Assembly (NCBI GenBank): GCA_013298775.1
Contig: JAAFIV010000003.1
Location: 141,460-205,459, forward strand
Source: Ignavibacteria bacterium
GTDB taxonomy: Bacteria; Bacteroidota; Ignavibacteria; Kapaibacteriales; UBA4661
Length of the DNA stretch: 64,000 nt
Reading direction: 5' to 3'
The translations under genes and the position numbers were made by a program. Under the pieces are notes generated by a model, which was not told the DNA's origin, did not search any database, and saw only the letters and a program-made list of their open reading frames with translations. How positions within the stretch are numbered: position 1 is the stretch's first letter; each line of letters starts with the position of its first letter. Below, piece after piece: positions 18,847-28,885 of this stretch.

Positions 18847-19953
18847 TTACTTCGCTATCAGAAAAAGAAACTCGTGGTTTGTGCCTTCTGCTTCTCGGAT
18901 CCATGCGTTTGTCCAGCGCATTTGCGCCATCACATTGCGCTTATAATCCACACGCCGCACATCAAGGATTTTCCCTGATTCTGACAGAATGTTGTGCAAA
19001 TCTTCTGCCGTCGCACGCCCGCCAGAACTGTACGACAGCACGATGTAACGAGCATTGGTGAGGCTAAGGAGGCGTTGCAAGGCTTCAACGGCGATGAATG
19101 TTCCGTTATCCGTTTGCCGAAATTCCTCAAAGATGGAAGCTGCTTGCGTGTCCCGCGAATCCTTGCGCCGTGCGGCTTTGCCAAAAATATGCGGTCGGTC
19201 GTTCAGGCAAATCGTTGTCCAGAGGTGATAGTAGGCGGCATAGCGCACCCGCGAGGGCGGCATTTTTTCATTGTTCGAGCCATATGGCGGGTCGAAGTAG
19301 GCAAGGTCGGCGTGGACGTGTTGGACAGTATCAAAAATGTTGTCGTGGTAGATTGTATGCGCTGTGTGGGAAGTTTTCTCAGGAGCAAGGAGGCGCGGAA
19401 GCGTGAGATGGAGTGCTTTGTAGGAGCGTGGCGACCACGCGCCCAAGTACGAGGCATAATGCCCAAGCGTGTTATCAACGCGGTCGAGAGCAAGAATCAG
19501 GCTTGTGATAAGGACAGAGCGTTCAATTTCTCCCACATTCAGGCGGTCAATTTCTTCGCGGATTGCGTCCAATTTGCGCGTGTTGTGGAGTTGCCAAGGT
19601 TTTTTCGCTTTTGCGGCAGTATTCGTGTCCGGCAGACCGCCATAATGCTCGCTAAACCAGCCATCCCTGCCTTGCACATTGTTCAAATAGTCCAGCAAGC
19701 CCTTATAATATGAGGCTTCGCGCCCATTTTTCAAATAACATTGTCCAAAGACTTTCGACCATACCGAAATATCATTAGCAATGACTTCATACCCCTGCTG
19801 TGCAAATGCCTGTGAAACCCGCGTCGTTCCTGAAAAGCCATCTAAAATTGAGCGAACACCCAAGGGCTGCACCATCTGAAGGATGTGCGGCAAGAGGCGT
19901 AGTTTCGAGCCTGCGTACTTGATTCCTTCGGTTTTGGGGCATTCGAGATTCAT
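18847..19953 (-). CDS. N6-adenine DNA methyltransferase, Dam/D12 class. No adjacent restriction enzyme is evident.
   Basis: N-terminal IKYAGSKLRLLPHI (KxAGxK AdoMet motif) and the catalytic AYFDPPYGS (DPPY). Start chosen at MNLECPK because the longer ORF start lies inside a family-6 repeat. Confidence 0.75.
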   Translation of the reverse strand: MNLECPKTEGIKYAGSKLRLLPHILQMVQPLGVRSILDGFSGTTRVSQAFAQQGYEVIANDISVWSKVFGQCYLKNGREASYYKGLLDYLNNVQGRDGWFSEHYGGLPDTNTAAKAKKPWQLHNTRKLDAIREEIDRLNVGEIERSVLITSLILALDRVDNTLGHYASYLGAWSPRSYKALHLTLPRLLAPEKTSHTAHTIYHDNIFDTVQHVHADLAYFDPPYGSNNEKMPPSRVRYAAYYHLWTTICLNDRPHIFGKAARRKDSRDTQAASIFEEFRQTDNGTFIAVEALQRLLSLTNARYIVLSYSSGGRATAEDLHNILSESGKILDVRRVDYKRNVMAQMRWTNAWIREAEGTNHEFLFLIAK

Positions 19954-19972
19954 TGTGTTTTGTACCGTAAAT

Positions 19973-20078
19973 TGATGTGAGGTTCTCACTTCCCGAGTGA
20001 GGTTCTCACTTTGTCGCTTTGAACGGCAGGCAGAACGTGAGAGCCTCGCTAGGAAGCGAGACCCTCACTCTTGCAAAT
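19973..20078. repeat. Family-6 repeat cluster (direct and inverted GTGAGRNYCTCAC units). Other copies at 39409-39536 and 51431-51534.
   Basis: gtgaggttctcacttcccgagtgaggttctcac ... gtgagagcctcgctaggaagcgagaccctcac. Similar unit structure occurs at all three intergenic loci. Confidence 0.75.
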
Positions 20079-20080
20079 GA

Positions 20081-21424
20081 CTAAAACTTCTGCCAATCAT
20101 TATTATCCAAATACTTCGTATCAAATTCGCCGCTAATGAAATCTTTGTTGTCCATCATTTTCAGGTGGAAAGGAATTGTTGTTTGGATGCCTTCAATCAC
20201 AAATTCCTGCAAGGCGCGTTTCATGCGGGCAATAGCTTCGGTGCGGTTTTCGCCAATCGCAATCAGTTTTGCAATCATGGAATCGTAGTACGGCGGAATG
20301 GAGTAGCCCTGATAAATGTGTGAGTCAATGCGGATGCCAGGACCGCCCGGAAAATGTAGCGCGGTAATTGCGCCTGGCGAGGGGCGATAGTTGTGGTACG
20401 GGTCTTCAGCATTGATGCGGCATTCAATCGCATGGCGGCGCGGCACATCGTTTTTGATGGACAGCTTTTCGCCAGCAGCAACGCGGATTTGCTCTTTCAC
20501 AAGGTCAATTCCCAACGCTTCTTCGGTAACGGTATGCTCCACCTGAATCCGCGTGTTCATTTCCATAAAGTAGAATTTGCGGTGCTTGTCCACGAGAAAC
20601 TCAATCGTTCCTGCGCCTTCGTAGTTCACTGCCTGTGCGGCTTTGATGGCTGCTTCGCCCATTTGACGGCGCAAATCTTCATCCAAAATCGGCGATGGTG
20701 CTTCTTCAATCAATTTCTGGTGGCGGCGTTGAATCGAGCATTCACGCTCGTTCAGGTGAATGACGTTGCCGTATTTATCACCAAACACTTGAATTTCGAT
20801 GTGGCGCGGTTCTTCCACAAATTTTTCAATGTACAAGTCGGGATTGCTAAAGGCAGCTTCGGCTTCGGTGCGGGCTGTTACAAAGGCTTGCTCGACCATA
20901 TCCATCGAAGCTACGAAGCGCATTCCCTTGCCGCCGCCGCCCGCCGATGCTTTCATCATCACGGGAACGCCGATTTCTTCCACAAGTTTGCGAGCTTCTT
21001 CCAGCGTCGTGACAACGCCTTTGCTGCCCGGAATCACAGGAACACCCGCATCGCGCATGGTTTCTTTGGCGACGGATTTATTGCCCATTTTCTGGATGGA
21101 TTCTGGCTTCGGACCAATAAACACAAAGCCGCAATCGTTGCAAATCTCGGCAAAATCAGCATTCTCCGACAAAAAGCCGTAGCCTGGATGAATCGCCTCC
21201 GCCTCGCTAATTTCCGCCGCCGCAATAATCGAAGGCACATACAAATAACTTTGTTTGCTGGCTGCTTTGCCGATGCAAATTGCCTCGTCAGCAAAGCGCA
21301 CGTGCAAGGAATTACGGTCGGCTTCGGAATACACGGCAACTGTTTTGATACCGAGTTCGCGGCACGCACGAATGACGCGCAACGCAATTTCACCACGATT
21401 AGCAATAAGAACTTTCTTGAACAT
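20081..21424 (-). CDS. accC: Acetyl-CoA carboxylase biotin carboxylase subunit
   Basis: [21 protein letters not shown] start and ATP-grasp motifs. It sits downstream of accB in the efp-accB-accC arrangement. Confidence 0.9.
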   Translation of the reverse strand: MFKKVLIANRGEIALRVIRACRELGIKTVAVYSEADRNSLHVRFADEAICIGKAASKQSYLYVPSIIAAAEISEAEAIHPGYGFLSENADFAEICNDCGFVFIGPKPESIQKMGNKSVAKETMRDAGVPVIPGSKGVVTTLEEARKLVEEIGVPVMMKASAGGGGKGMRFVASMDMVEQAFVTARTEAEAAFSNPDLYIEKFVEEPRHIEIQVFGDKYGNVIHLNERECSIQRRHQKLIEEAPSPILDEDLRRQMGEAAIKAAQAVNYEGAGTIEFLVDKHRKFYFMEMNTRIQVEHTVTEEALGIDLVKEQIRVAAGEKLSIKNDVPRRHAIECRINAEDPYHNYRPSPGAITALHFPGGPGIRIDSHIYQGYSIPPYYDSMIAKLIAIGENRTEAIARMKRALQEFVIEGIQTTIPFHLKMMDNKDFISGEFDTKYLDNNDWQKF

Positions 21425-21529
21425 AATGTATCTTTCAGATGAAGAAAGGATGAAATCTGAGGGATGAGGGCTGAAGCGCACAATTTCGCACTCTTCACCC
21501 TTCAGCCTTCAAACTTCATCCTTTGCGTT

Positions 21530-22045
21530 TTAGTCAATTTCCAGAAGAACAAGCGGCTGATTGTACTCAACTGGCTGTCCGTTTTCAACAAGGATTTTTA
21601 CGACAGTTCCCGTTGCGTCGCTTTCGATTTCATTCATCAATTTCATTGCCTCAACAATACACAAGGTCGCGCCAACGGAAACCCGTGAGCCAACTTGGAT
21701 GAATGCGTCAGCATCGGGCGCGGGTGCGCGGTAGAACGTACCGACGATGGGAGAACACACTTGATGCGTTTTTTTGCCACCTGCGCTTTCTCCGCCTGTG
21801 CTTGCTGCGGGAGTGGCTTGTGCTGCTGCGCTTGGAGCGGCTTGCGCTGGAGGTGCAGCAGCCATTTGTTGTGGCTGCATCATCATTTGCGAGGGCATCA
21901 TAATGTGCTGCGGCGCAGTCATCATTGCTTGATGCTCGGACACCTTCGACATTTTCAGTTTTACCCCTTCTTCTTCAATTTCTAAATCAACGGCGGTGCT
22001 TTCGTCAAAGATTCTGAGTAAGCGGCGTAGATATTGTAAGTCCAT
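21530..22045 (-). CDS. accB: Acetyl-CoA carboxylase biotin carboxyl carrier protein
   Basis: The C-terminal biotinyl domain has the [10 protein letters not shown] motif. An Ala/Pro/Gln-rich linker precedes it. Confidence 0.85.
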   Translation of the reverse strand: MDLQYLRRLLRIFDESTAVDLEIEEEGVKLKMSKVSEHQAMMTAPQHIMMPSQMMMQPQQMAAAPPAQAAPSAAAQATPAASTGGESAGGKKTHQVCSPIVGTFYRAPAPDADAFIQVGSRVSVGATLCIVEAMKLMNEIESDATGTVVKILVENGQPVEYNQPLVLLEID

Positions 22046-22103
22046 GTTTGTCGAAGGCTTAAAGATGAAACAAAATTTTTGGTTGCGATAGATATTGGAG
22101 TGT

Positions 22104-22216
22104 TTCCCTCACCCCGCTCTTGCGAGCGACCCTCTCCCAAAGGGCGAGGGTTTTCCAAAGGCTTATTTTCTGAAGCCCTCTCCCTTTGGGAGAGGGTTGG
22201 GTGAGGGAAATTTAGC
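22104..22216. repeat. Family-4 composite palindromic element, intergenic copy
   Basis: TTTCCCTCACCCC...CCCTCTCCCAAAGGGCGAGGG...CCCTCTCCCTTTGGGAGAGGGTTGGGTGAGGGAAA. Confidence 0.8.
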
Positions 22217-22329
22217 GCGGCAATTTAGCCAGAAAAAACAACAGTACAAGAGCAAAAAAATGGCATTGCCTAAAAGAAATTTCTTCTCCCAAACAATACC
22301 ACAAAAGCCAACTATGCTAAAACACAGAC

Positions 22330-22377
22330 GGCGTAGAATTGTGATTCTACGCCGCTTTCGTGTTTATTGTTTTTTAT
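22330..22377 (-). terminator. Hairpin GGCGTAGAAT-TGTG-ATTCTACGCC immediately after the efp stop codon. Candidate efp terminator; T-rich on both sides.
   Basis: 10-bp perfect stem read directly. Confidence 0.5.
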
Positions 22378-22937
22378 ACTTTCACACGTTCCATGTACCC
22401 ACCAGTATCGGTGTCAATACGCACGGAATCGCCCTCGTTTACGAAAATCGGCACTTGAAATACTGCGCCAGTTTCCATTGTTGCGGGCTTCATAATGTTG
22501 TTTACCGAATCGCCTTTTACGCCGGGTTCGGTTTGAACTACTTTTAAGACAACGTGTTGCGGAAGCTCTACCGAGAGAATTTCGGTGTCGTTGAACGTGA
22601 TAAATACGTCCGATGCTTCTTTCAAAAAGGCAGCGTTATCACCAACGTTTTTCTCAGAAACGTTGATTTGCTCATAGCTGTCTTTGTCCATGAATACGAA
22701 GCTGTCGCCATCTTTGTACAGATATTGAAATTCTTTTTTCTCAACGCGCAAGAATTCAAGCGATTCGCCAGAACGGAAGCGTTCTTCGAGGAGCTTTCCA
22801 CTGCGAAGATTCCGCATTTTTACTTGGTAGAATGCGCGAAGGTTTCCAGGAGTGCGGTGGGTGGATTCCAAGATGAGGCATGGCTCGTTGTTGAGCTTTA
22901 AAACTGCGCCTTTTCTCAAATCTGCTGTTGTTGCCAT
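22374..22937 (-). CDS. efp: Elongation factor P
   Basis: 187 aa. A conserved KPGKG-like loop region (MRNLRSGKL) and typical EF-P length. It is located upstream of accB-accC. Confidence 0.9.
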   Translation of the reverse strand: MATTADLRKGAVLKLNNEPCLILESTHRTPGNLRAFYQVKMRNLRSGKLLEERFRSGESLEFLRVEKKEFQYLYKDGDSFVFMDKDSYEQINVSEKNVGDNAAFLKEASDVFITFNDTEILSVELPQHVVLKVVQTEPGVKGDSVNNIMKPATMETGAVFQVPIFVNEGDSVRIDTDTGGYMERVKV

Positions 22938-22972
22938 AGTGCGAGATATTGTACAAAAATGTTGTAAAATTG

Positions 22973-23043
22973 AGGAGACGAGCGGACTTGAACCGCTGTA
23001 AAAGGTTTTGCAGACCTCTGCCTAACCGCTCGGCCACGTCTCC
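22973..23043 (-). tRNA. tRNA-Cys (anticodon GCA)
   Basis: Folded by hand into a cloverleaf: acceptor GGAGACG/CGTCTCC, D-arm GCC-GAGCGGTTA-GGC, anticodon arm GAGGT-CTGCAAA-ACCTT, T-arm AGCGG-TTCAAGT-CCGCT, and a discriminator U as expected for Cys. Confidence 0.8.
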
Positions 23044-23151
23044 TTTGCTTTCTGAACCAATTCATTTTTCTGGTACAGATTACAAAATTACAACATTTAC
23101 AGATATTTACAAAAATCTTTTCGCGGTGTGAAATGAGAACGGTGACAAAAT

Positions 23152-24495
23152 TCAGGAATGAAGGTCATTGGGAAACGTTGTTTGCAAAAAGGTTGCCACC
23201 GAAAGCGAGCGATAATCCGTCTGCGTGGGCGCGAGCCGCGTGTAGATTCCACGCGCCTTTCCGCCGAGAAGATACACTCCATAATTTGGAATAAAACCAT
23301 CGTCCGTCGGTGCGGCATCGAAAAATTCCTGCACAATCCAGCGCGTGGGAATGGCTTGCTGTAAGGAGCGTTGCCAGAGGTCTGGTGCCACATTTCGCCC
23401 AACAATGACTTCATCGCCTTCGCAGCCGTAGTCGGATTTTAGCACGTAGTTGTGCTGTCCGGCGATAAGTTTTTCTTGGAGAGTTTCTTCGTCAATGTCG
23501 CATAAACGCTGGGTTGGCGGGATATAGCGGCGTATTGTTTCTTGAGCGAAGGCAGAAAAAAGCTCTGGAAATTGGTGGAAAAATGCCATCGTCAGTTTGT
23601 TTTGCGTCAGCACTGCACCGAAAGGATTAAACACGCGCAAACGTCCATTTGATGAGGCTTCGAGGGCAACTGCTAGTTCGCGGTGCAAGGGGTCGGGGTC
23701 GGGAAAATCTTCGCCGTCTAGCCAGACGGATTCGCGCTCCGCCCACCAATCCGTTTTGTAGTGCCGCAGAAGAATATCTATTTTCTCATCAAACATAGCT
23801 GCAGAGCCGTCTTCAAGCAAATGCAAATTGTACGGCGAACCCACAACGACCTCGAAGCCCGCACCAATAAGCCATTCTTGGTAGCATAAAATCATGGACA
23901 AATCTTCGGGCTGCTCAGTCGGAAACACAATACCGATGCGCTGTTTTGGCGAATTGTCCTTGTTCGTTGGTGGTGCAGCGAAGGATTGCACCATTGCGCA
24001 AAAGTCGTGGATAAAATGCACGTTAGGATTGAGAAGCGAGTTGTAGTGAGGCATTGCGGCAAAAAGAATCTCATTTAGCAAAACCGCTTCGGCTTCGCCG
24101 CTTGGCGTGTCGGAGTTCATTTCGCAAGTACGAATTGAGCCGTCGGGAAGAAGAAACAAGTCCAGACGTGCGATGCCGTGCCATTCGCCGCCAGAGGCGA
24201 ACCACATGAGCCGCTCGTAGGGCGTGAGGGAGAAGAAATCCAGCAAGGACGGCGTTTGGAGGGTAATTGTACAGAGTTCGTCGTACAATGCGCCAATGCG
24301 CTCGGCAGCTTCGGAGAGGCGTAGATAGGTGCTTTCGGGCAGGATAATCGGTGCAAGGCGAAACCGCTCTTTTCCGTCCAGCCAAGGGTCGCTGATGCGG
24401 TTTGTGCGCTGAAGTGCTTCGGCAAAAGCGGTGTAGCTGGGGAAGTTTGGGAGAAGTGCCATGAGTGCAGCGTTGAGAATTGTAGTCCGACCCAC
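23152..24495 (-). CDS. Glutathionylspermidine synthase family protein (pre-ATP-grasp fold)
   Basis: 447 aa. GIARLDLFLLPDGSIRTCEMNSDTPSGEAE and the overall pattern are typical of GspS-like synthetase proteins. Confidence 0.65.
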   Translation of the reverse strand: MGRTTILNAALMALLPNFPSYTAFAEALQRTNRISDPWLDGKERFRLAPIILPESTYLRLSEAAERIGALYDELCTITLQTPSLLDFFSLTPYERLMWFASGGEWHGIARLDLFLLPDGSIRTCEMNSDTPSGEAEAVLLNEILFAAMPHYNSLLNPNVHFIHDFCAMVQSFAAPPTNKDNSPKQRIGIVFPTEQPEDLSMILCYQEWLIGAGFEVVVGSPYNLHLLEDGSAAMFDEKIDILLRHYKTDWWAERESVWLDGEDFPDPDPLHRELAVALEASSNGRLRVFNPFGAVLTQNKLTMAFFHQFPELFSAFAQETIRRYIPPTQRLCDIDEETLQEKLIAGQHNYVLKSDYGCEGDEVIVGRNVAPDLWQRSLQQAIPTRWIVQEFFDAAPTDDGFIPNYGVYLLGGKARGIYTRLAPTQTDYRSLSVATFLQTTFPNDLHS

Positions 24496-24596
24496 ATATT
24501 TGCGCGTCTTGTGGCGCAGACAGGAGTGTTACGCGCTACCAGCAAGAACGGGCTTCGGTAGAACAGACACTCCTGTCTGTTCATTAGCACGAGTAT

Positions 24597-25229
24597 TTAT
24601 GCGGCTTGTGTGCTATCGCCCTCGTTATCTCGCTCGTTTTTATGCGGTTTAGAGGCATCTTTTTGGAATATCTTCGCTGTGGTGCGGGTTTCGAGTGTGC
24701 GCACGAGTTCTTTTCTCATGCTGTGCGTCATGCGGCGGCGAAATTCCTTTACTTCTTTGCCTGTGGCTTCTTCTTTTTCGGTGTAGTAGAGAATAACGGT
24801 GTCCCACACAGGGTCGGTTTCGACTTCCACGAGGTGAATCAAATCGTAGCGCACCAAACGCCAGCCTTCCTCGAAAATATTCCGCCCAACCATGCCGAGC
24901 GTCTTGATTTGAAGCCGTTGTTGGTGCATCCGATAGAAAAATTGCACGAAGTTAATACCAAGCGAAAGCGGCATCACGTACAGCTCGATGCGGGCTTCGT
25001 CCCACGAAAGCGCGATGTAAATGAATAGCAAAATAAGACTAAAAATAAAGCAGAGAATCCCAATCATAAGCGGGTCGTAGGCGGTGTCGAGATCTTCGCC
25101 GAGCTTTACTTCTTTTGCGGCAAATTCATCCAACATCTGCCGAAAAGCCGTTGCCCCAAACGCCAAGAGCGAATAGATAAACGCCAGAAAACAAGCGTAC
25201 GCGAGAACTTTGGGGTCGAAATTACCCAT
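24597..25229 (-). CDS. Hypothetical membrane protein (2-3 TM, possibly bacterial PH-like domain)
   Basis: An ORF with clear TM segments and a charged C-terminal tail. No confident family. Confidence 0.4.
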   Translation of the reverse strand: MGNFDPKVLAYACFLAFIYSLLAFGATAFRQMLDEFAAKEVKLGEDLDTAYDPLMIGILCFIFSLILLFIYIALSWDEARIELYVMPLSLGINFVQFFYRMHQQRLQIKTLGMVGRNIFEEGWRLVRYDLIHLVEVETDPVWDTVILYYTEKEEATGKEVKEFRRRMTHSMRKELVRTLETRTTAKIFQKDASKPHKNERDNEGDSTQAA

Positions 25230-25435
25230 GATATTTGTGGGAAAGGTGTGTGCGAAAGCTCACGATAAAAGAGCGTGGTGCAATATTACACAAAACACCG
25301 CACTATCAATCAAGCGTTCCGTAGAATGCGAAGAAAAGATTGCAACTGGTCGTATCCCTCGCAGACGACGGAACGTAGATTACAGGATTGGCAGGATATA
25401 CAGGATTTTTTTCTTTTCAAAGATGCGGAATCGTT

Positions 25436-26098
25436 TTAAAATATCTGTCCTATTCCGCAACTCAAAATGCCGCCCAAAAACGCATTGGAAATCACGCCGC
25501 GTAATTGCGCATTCAAAAAATGCTTTTCTGTAAGAGGAATATTCGCGCCAAACGTTGCTGCTACACCATACAGCAAACGGGGTCGAAATATTATTGTTCC
25601 TTCTTGTAAGGATTGGTATTCAACATAGCGTGATGATGAAAAAGCTAGTCCTGAAGAGGCTTCTATGCCCAAAGAAAACAAACCAAAATGATGTTCAATT
25701 CCCCAAAAGACAGGCACAACAATCGTTTGTTGTGTATATCGTTGTTTTCTCGTCAAGGCAAATAATGTTTCTTCCCAAGGCAAGCCATCAAATTCATTGC
25801 CGCATCGCCAACGCACAATACCTGTGTCTTCAAAAGAATTGATAGTGCTTCCTGCCCCCAATGCCGCATGAATACTCCACGCTGGGACGAAGCGATACGC
25901 AACTTTTGCCTCGAAAAATGGAAGAGTAATGTTGTTGATAAGATTATACTCCCATGATGTTGGTTGCCAAGCCGAAGCAGGATAGCCAATAAGCACACTT
26001 GCTGAGAATATTGCCGAAGAATCAAGATTTTGTGCGCTCTGTAAGTGAAAAGGAAGGCAAAATAGCGCAAGAAAGCATGGTATGAGAAGAGATTTCAT
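25436..26098 (-). CDS. Putative outer-membrane beta-barrel protein (signal peptide, C-terminal Phe)
   Basis: A signal peptide, alternating hydrophobic beta-strand pattern and a terminal ...GIGQIF. Confidence 0.45.
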   Translation of the reverse strand: MKSLLIPCFLALFCLPFHLQSAQNLDSSAIFSASVLIGYPASAWQPTSWEYNLINNITLPFFEAKVAYRFVPAWSIHAALGAGSTINSFEDTGIVRWRCGNEFDGLPWEETLFALTRKQRYTQQTIVVPVFWGIEHHFGLFSLGIEASSGLAFSSSRYVEYQSLQEGTIIFRPRLLYGVAATFGANIPLTEKHFLNAQLRGVISNAFLGGILSCGIGQIF

Positions 26099-26203
26099 GA
26101 TTGCTTCAAAATTGAAAAACATAAAACCGCTTAAAGAGCAGCATTTGTTGGGCGTGCAGCTCTTCAAGCGGGGAGCAAATTTATTCGATTACTTTCGCAA
26201 AAT

Positions 26204-28612
26204 TTACAACTTCACGAGCTTCACCGTATAACGATTCTGTGGTGTTTGGATAATCAGCATATACATTCCCGCCGCGACGGTCGAGCCGTCTTGCGCCAAG
26301 CCGCGCCATGCGTAGTTCAAGCGTCCACCAGAAATTGCGCTGATGGGCATGGGCAAAATTAAGCGTCCAAGCATATCGTAAATGCCCATCGTTACGGTGC
26401 CGGGCGTGAATGTTTCCGAGAGCGCGACGGAAATAACGGTTTCTTCGCTGAAGGGATTCGGTGTGATATTCGCTATTGCCGTTACGGAATTATTGCTGTT
26501 GCTGCCTGTCAGACGTGTTCCCGCCGCAAAATCTGCTGTTGAAGAAACGCTGGTCAATGCTGCGCCGCCAAAGGATGGCAACACCGACGGTGCGCCAGAG
26601 CGTATTGCTACATCCGTACCGCCACCGCCCGTGCTAGGCGCGGTGCAGGTTGCGCAGACTTTTGTGGTGTCGTTGGGTTCGAGCGCGAGAAAGGCGGTAT
26701 AGCGCGAGAGGACGCGGCTTTGAACGCTTTGCGCAATAATTTCGCGGGTAACAGTGGAAGTCGGAACATTCGCCGTAACGCCGCGTGAAGGCACGGCGTA
26801 GTAGTAAAAATATCCGCCCAAACTGCTTTCCAAGGTGTTGATGTAATTCCCCACCCACGCGCTTTTGGTGATGGAATCGCCTTGCTGTATCTCGCTTTGC
26901 GGCATATCAAGCGTGCGCACAAAGGATTGCCCATTGTAAAAACCGCCTGCTTGCACAGAAAATACGCCACTTCCGACCATTTTCCCGACTTGCAAAATCG
27001 TATTGTTTGCGGGCAGCATCGTCAGCAAGGGCTGTGTTTGTGCGCCATTGGTGTTTGTTCCCACGAGAAAACGATTGTAGCAGAAGCCTTCTTTCACGTT
27101 GGTTTGGAGGTCTGCCAGTTGCAAGTTCGCGCCCACAGCAGCAATCGCGCCCGATAGCACTGTTTCCAAGCGACCACTGGAACGGATGTGGAAATATGTG
27201 CCTTTCGACCGCTCTGCAAGCGCGTTGTAGAGGTATTCATTCGCAGCGTAATTCACCGAGCGAATCGTGTACCATGAATAATTTTTGTTCGCAACATCGG
27301 CAATATGAATAGGCGGAAGCGGCTTTACGACATTCTCTAAAAACTGCACAAGCTGATTTGTTGCGGCTTCGCTGCCATTGCCATCGGAATTCGACAAGAG
27401 TAGCACCGATACGCCCGCAGTACCTGTTGGCAGGTTTCTAATATCGCCCATCGCACTAACCAAAAGGCGCGGCAAATTGCTAAAAAACGTCGGCATCGTG
27501 AGAACGCTTGAAAACTGACGTTCAATCGTGGCAGAGTCCGCCGCTACCCACGTGGGGCTGAGGCGGCGCACACCAGAGCCGCTCACAATATCGGAAATGA
27601 TGATATTGAACGAATCACGCGGCGTGAAGTTCTGCCGCATGAGTCTTTTCGCGGTGTTCACGATTTCGGCAAGTTCGGCGGTGCTACGCCCAGCGTCGTA
27701 ATCAATCAAGACCAGCGATTTCCGCGTGATACTTTGCCCCAAGACCTGAATCGGCGAAAATGCCATTTGGTAATACCGCTCGCTGCCTTGCGTGAAGCTC
27801 TGCACAAACAAGCCATTGCGCATGGGCGAGTCCCATTCCACAAATGCAGAACCCGACCTTCTCAGCGTCGCGCCTTGCAGCGTACCAGCCAGCACAATTT
27901 GGCTCGTTGCGCGGTCAATCGTTTCGGTGAGACGTTCAAGCGGAGCAAGTGCTAATGCGGTTCCGGTGGTTGTTCCCGTCACGGTAAGACGTGCGTTTTT
28001 CCAAGTGGATGAGGGATGAACAATCAAACGAAGCGGCACATTTGCCCACGAAGCGCGGAGCATTTCCAAGGGCAAAAAGCTCTGAACGCCGCTTGCAGCC
28101 CAGGTTGTCGGCATAATGTAAGAAATTTTTACTTTGCGTGTTTCGTTGCCTTGCATTGGGAAAATGCGCAGCGTGTAGCTGCCGTAGTATTCTTTGGTGA
28201 GCAGCGACGGGTCGCGCCGGCGTTGGACAATGCTTTCGTAGGTGTTGGAGGCAGTTGCGCGGTCGAAAATTTTTGCCTGCACGATGCTATCGCCCACCCA
28301 AAGCCAAGAATCGGTCACGTGCGCGTCAGGCGGCAAGGCAAAGGAAAACGTGATTTCAAGCGTATCTTTCACGCTAGTCGCATTCGAGCCACGCGAGGAA
28401 AAGGTGAAAAAGAGGTCGTTTTCGGTGTAAATGCCGCGTGGCTTCACAACGAGCGTTGCTTCTTCGATGCTGCCCTGACCGCCTATACGCCAGTTCCCAC
28501 GCGGGTCGGCGACGTTCAGGTAAGCACTTTGCGCAAAAAGCACGAGCGGAATAAGCAGGGCAGCTACCCAGACGAGCAGCATCACCGCACAACGGAGAAT
28601 CAGGGCTTTCAT
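26204..28612 (-). CDS. Large secreted protein with a type IX secretion (T9SS/Por) C-terminal sorting domain. The central region is possibly VIT/vWA-like.
   Basis: Signal peptide. The C-terminal ~80 aa (GIYDMLGRLILPMPISAISGG...GMYMLIIQTPQNRYTVKLVKL) matches the T9SS sorting-domain pattern. Confidence 0.6.
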   Translation of the reverse strand: MKALILRCAVMLLVWVAALLIPLVLFAQSAYLNVADPRGNWRIGGQGSIEEATLVVKPRGIYTENDLFFTFSSRGSNATSVKDTLEITFSFALPPDAHVTDSWLWVGDSIVQAKIFDRATASNTYESIVQRRRDPSLLTKEYYGSYTLRIFPMQGNETRKVKISYIMPTTWAASGVQSFLPLEMLRASWANVPLRLIVHPSSTWKNARLTVTGTTTGTALALAPLERLTETIDRATSQIVLAGTLQGATLRRSGSAFVEWDSPMRNGLFVQSFTQGSERYYQMAFSPIQVLGQSITRKSLVLIDYDAGRSTAELAEIVNTAKRLMRQNFTPRDSFNIIISDIVSGSGVRRLSPTWVAADSATIERQFSSVLTMPTFFSNLPRLLVSAMGDIRNLPTGTAGVSVLLLSNSDGNGSEAATNQLVQFLENVVKPLPPIHIADVANKNYSWYTIRSVNYAANEYLYNALAERSKGTYFHIRSSGRLETVLSGAIAAVGANLQLADLQTNVKEGFCYNRFLVGTNTNGAQTQPLLTMLPANNTILQVGKMVGSGVFSVQAGGFYNGQSFVRTLDMPQSEIQQGDSITKSAWVGNYINTLESSLGGYFYYYAVPSRGVTANVPTSTVTREIIAQSVQSRVLSRYTAFLALEPNDTTKVCATCTAPSTGGGGTDVAIRSGAPSVLPSFGGAALTSVSSTADFAAGTRLTGSNSNNSVTAIANITPNPFSEETVISVALSETFTPGTVTMGIYDMLGRLILPMPISAISGGRLNYAWRGLAQDGSTVAAGMYMLIIQTPQNRYTVKLVKL

Positions 28613-28638
28613 AACGGTTTCCTTGTAAAAAATTGAGG

Positions 28639-28782
28639 TAACTGCTCAGGTATCTTCTCGTCGGGCGGCTGTTATCACAAGTACAGTTGCCGTCCGGCGA
28701 GTGCTGCACAAGCGACTCACTCGCCGGACGGCAGCGTATCTGCACTCCTCAGCCGCCCGACGAGAGAATATCCGACCAGTTA
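28639..28782. repeat. Family-1 element, orientation A, with outer inverted repeat TAACTGCTCAGGTA / TATCCGACCAGTTAC
   Basis: CTCGTCGGGCGGCTGTTATCACAAGTACAGTTGCCGTCCGGCGAGTG-loop-CTCGCCGGACGGCAGCGTATCTGCACTCCTCAGCCGCCCGACGAG. Confidence 0.85.
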
Positions 28783-28885
28783 CAAATTGAGAATAATTTG
28801 AGTTTTCAGAGGCGAAAATTGTGTATCTATGAAGGAAGAAACACGAGCAGGAAAAAAGTCACAAAGCTCTGTGCAATGAAGTTTG

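Noticed and set aside
18994-19713. 239-aa + strand ORF antisense to the DNA methyltransferase
   Set aside because: It is contained within the well-supported methyltransferase gene and has no recognisable motifs.
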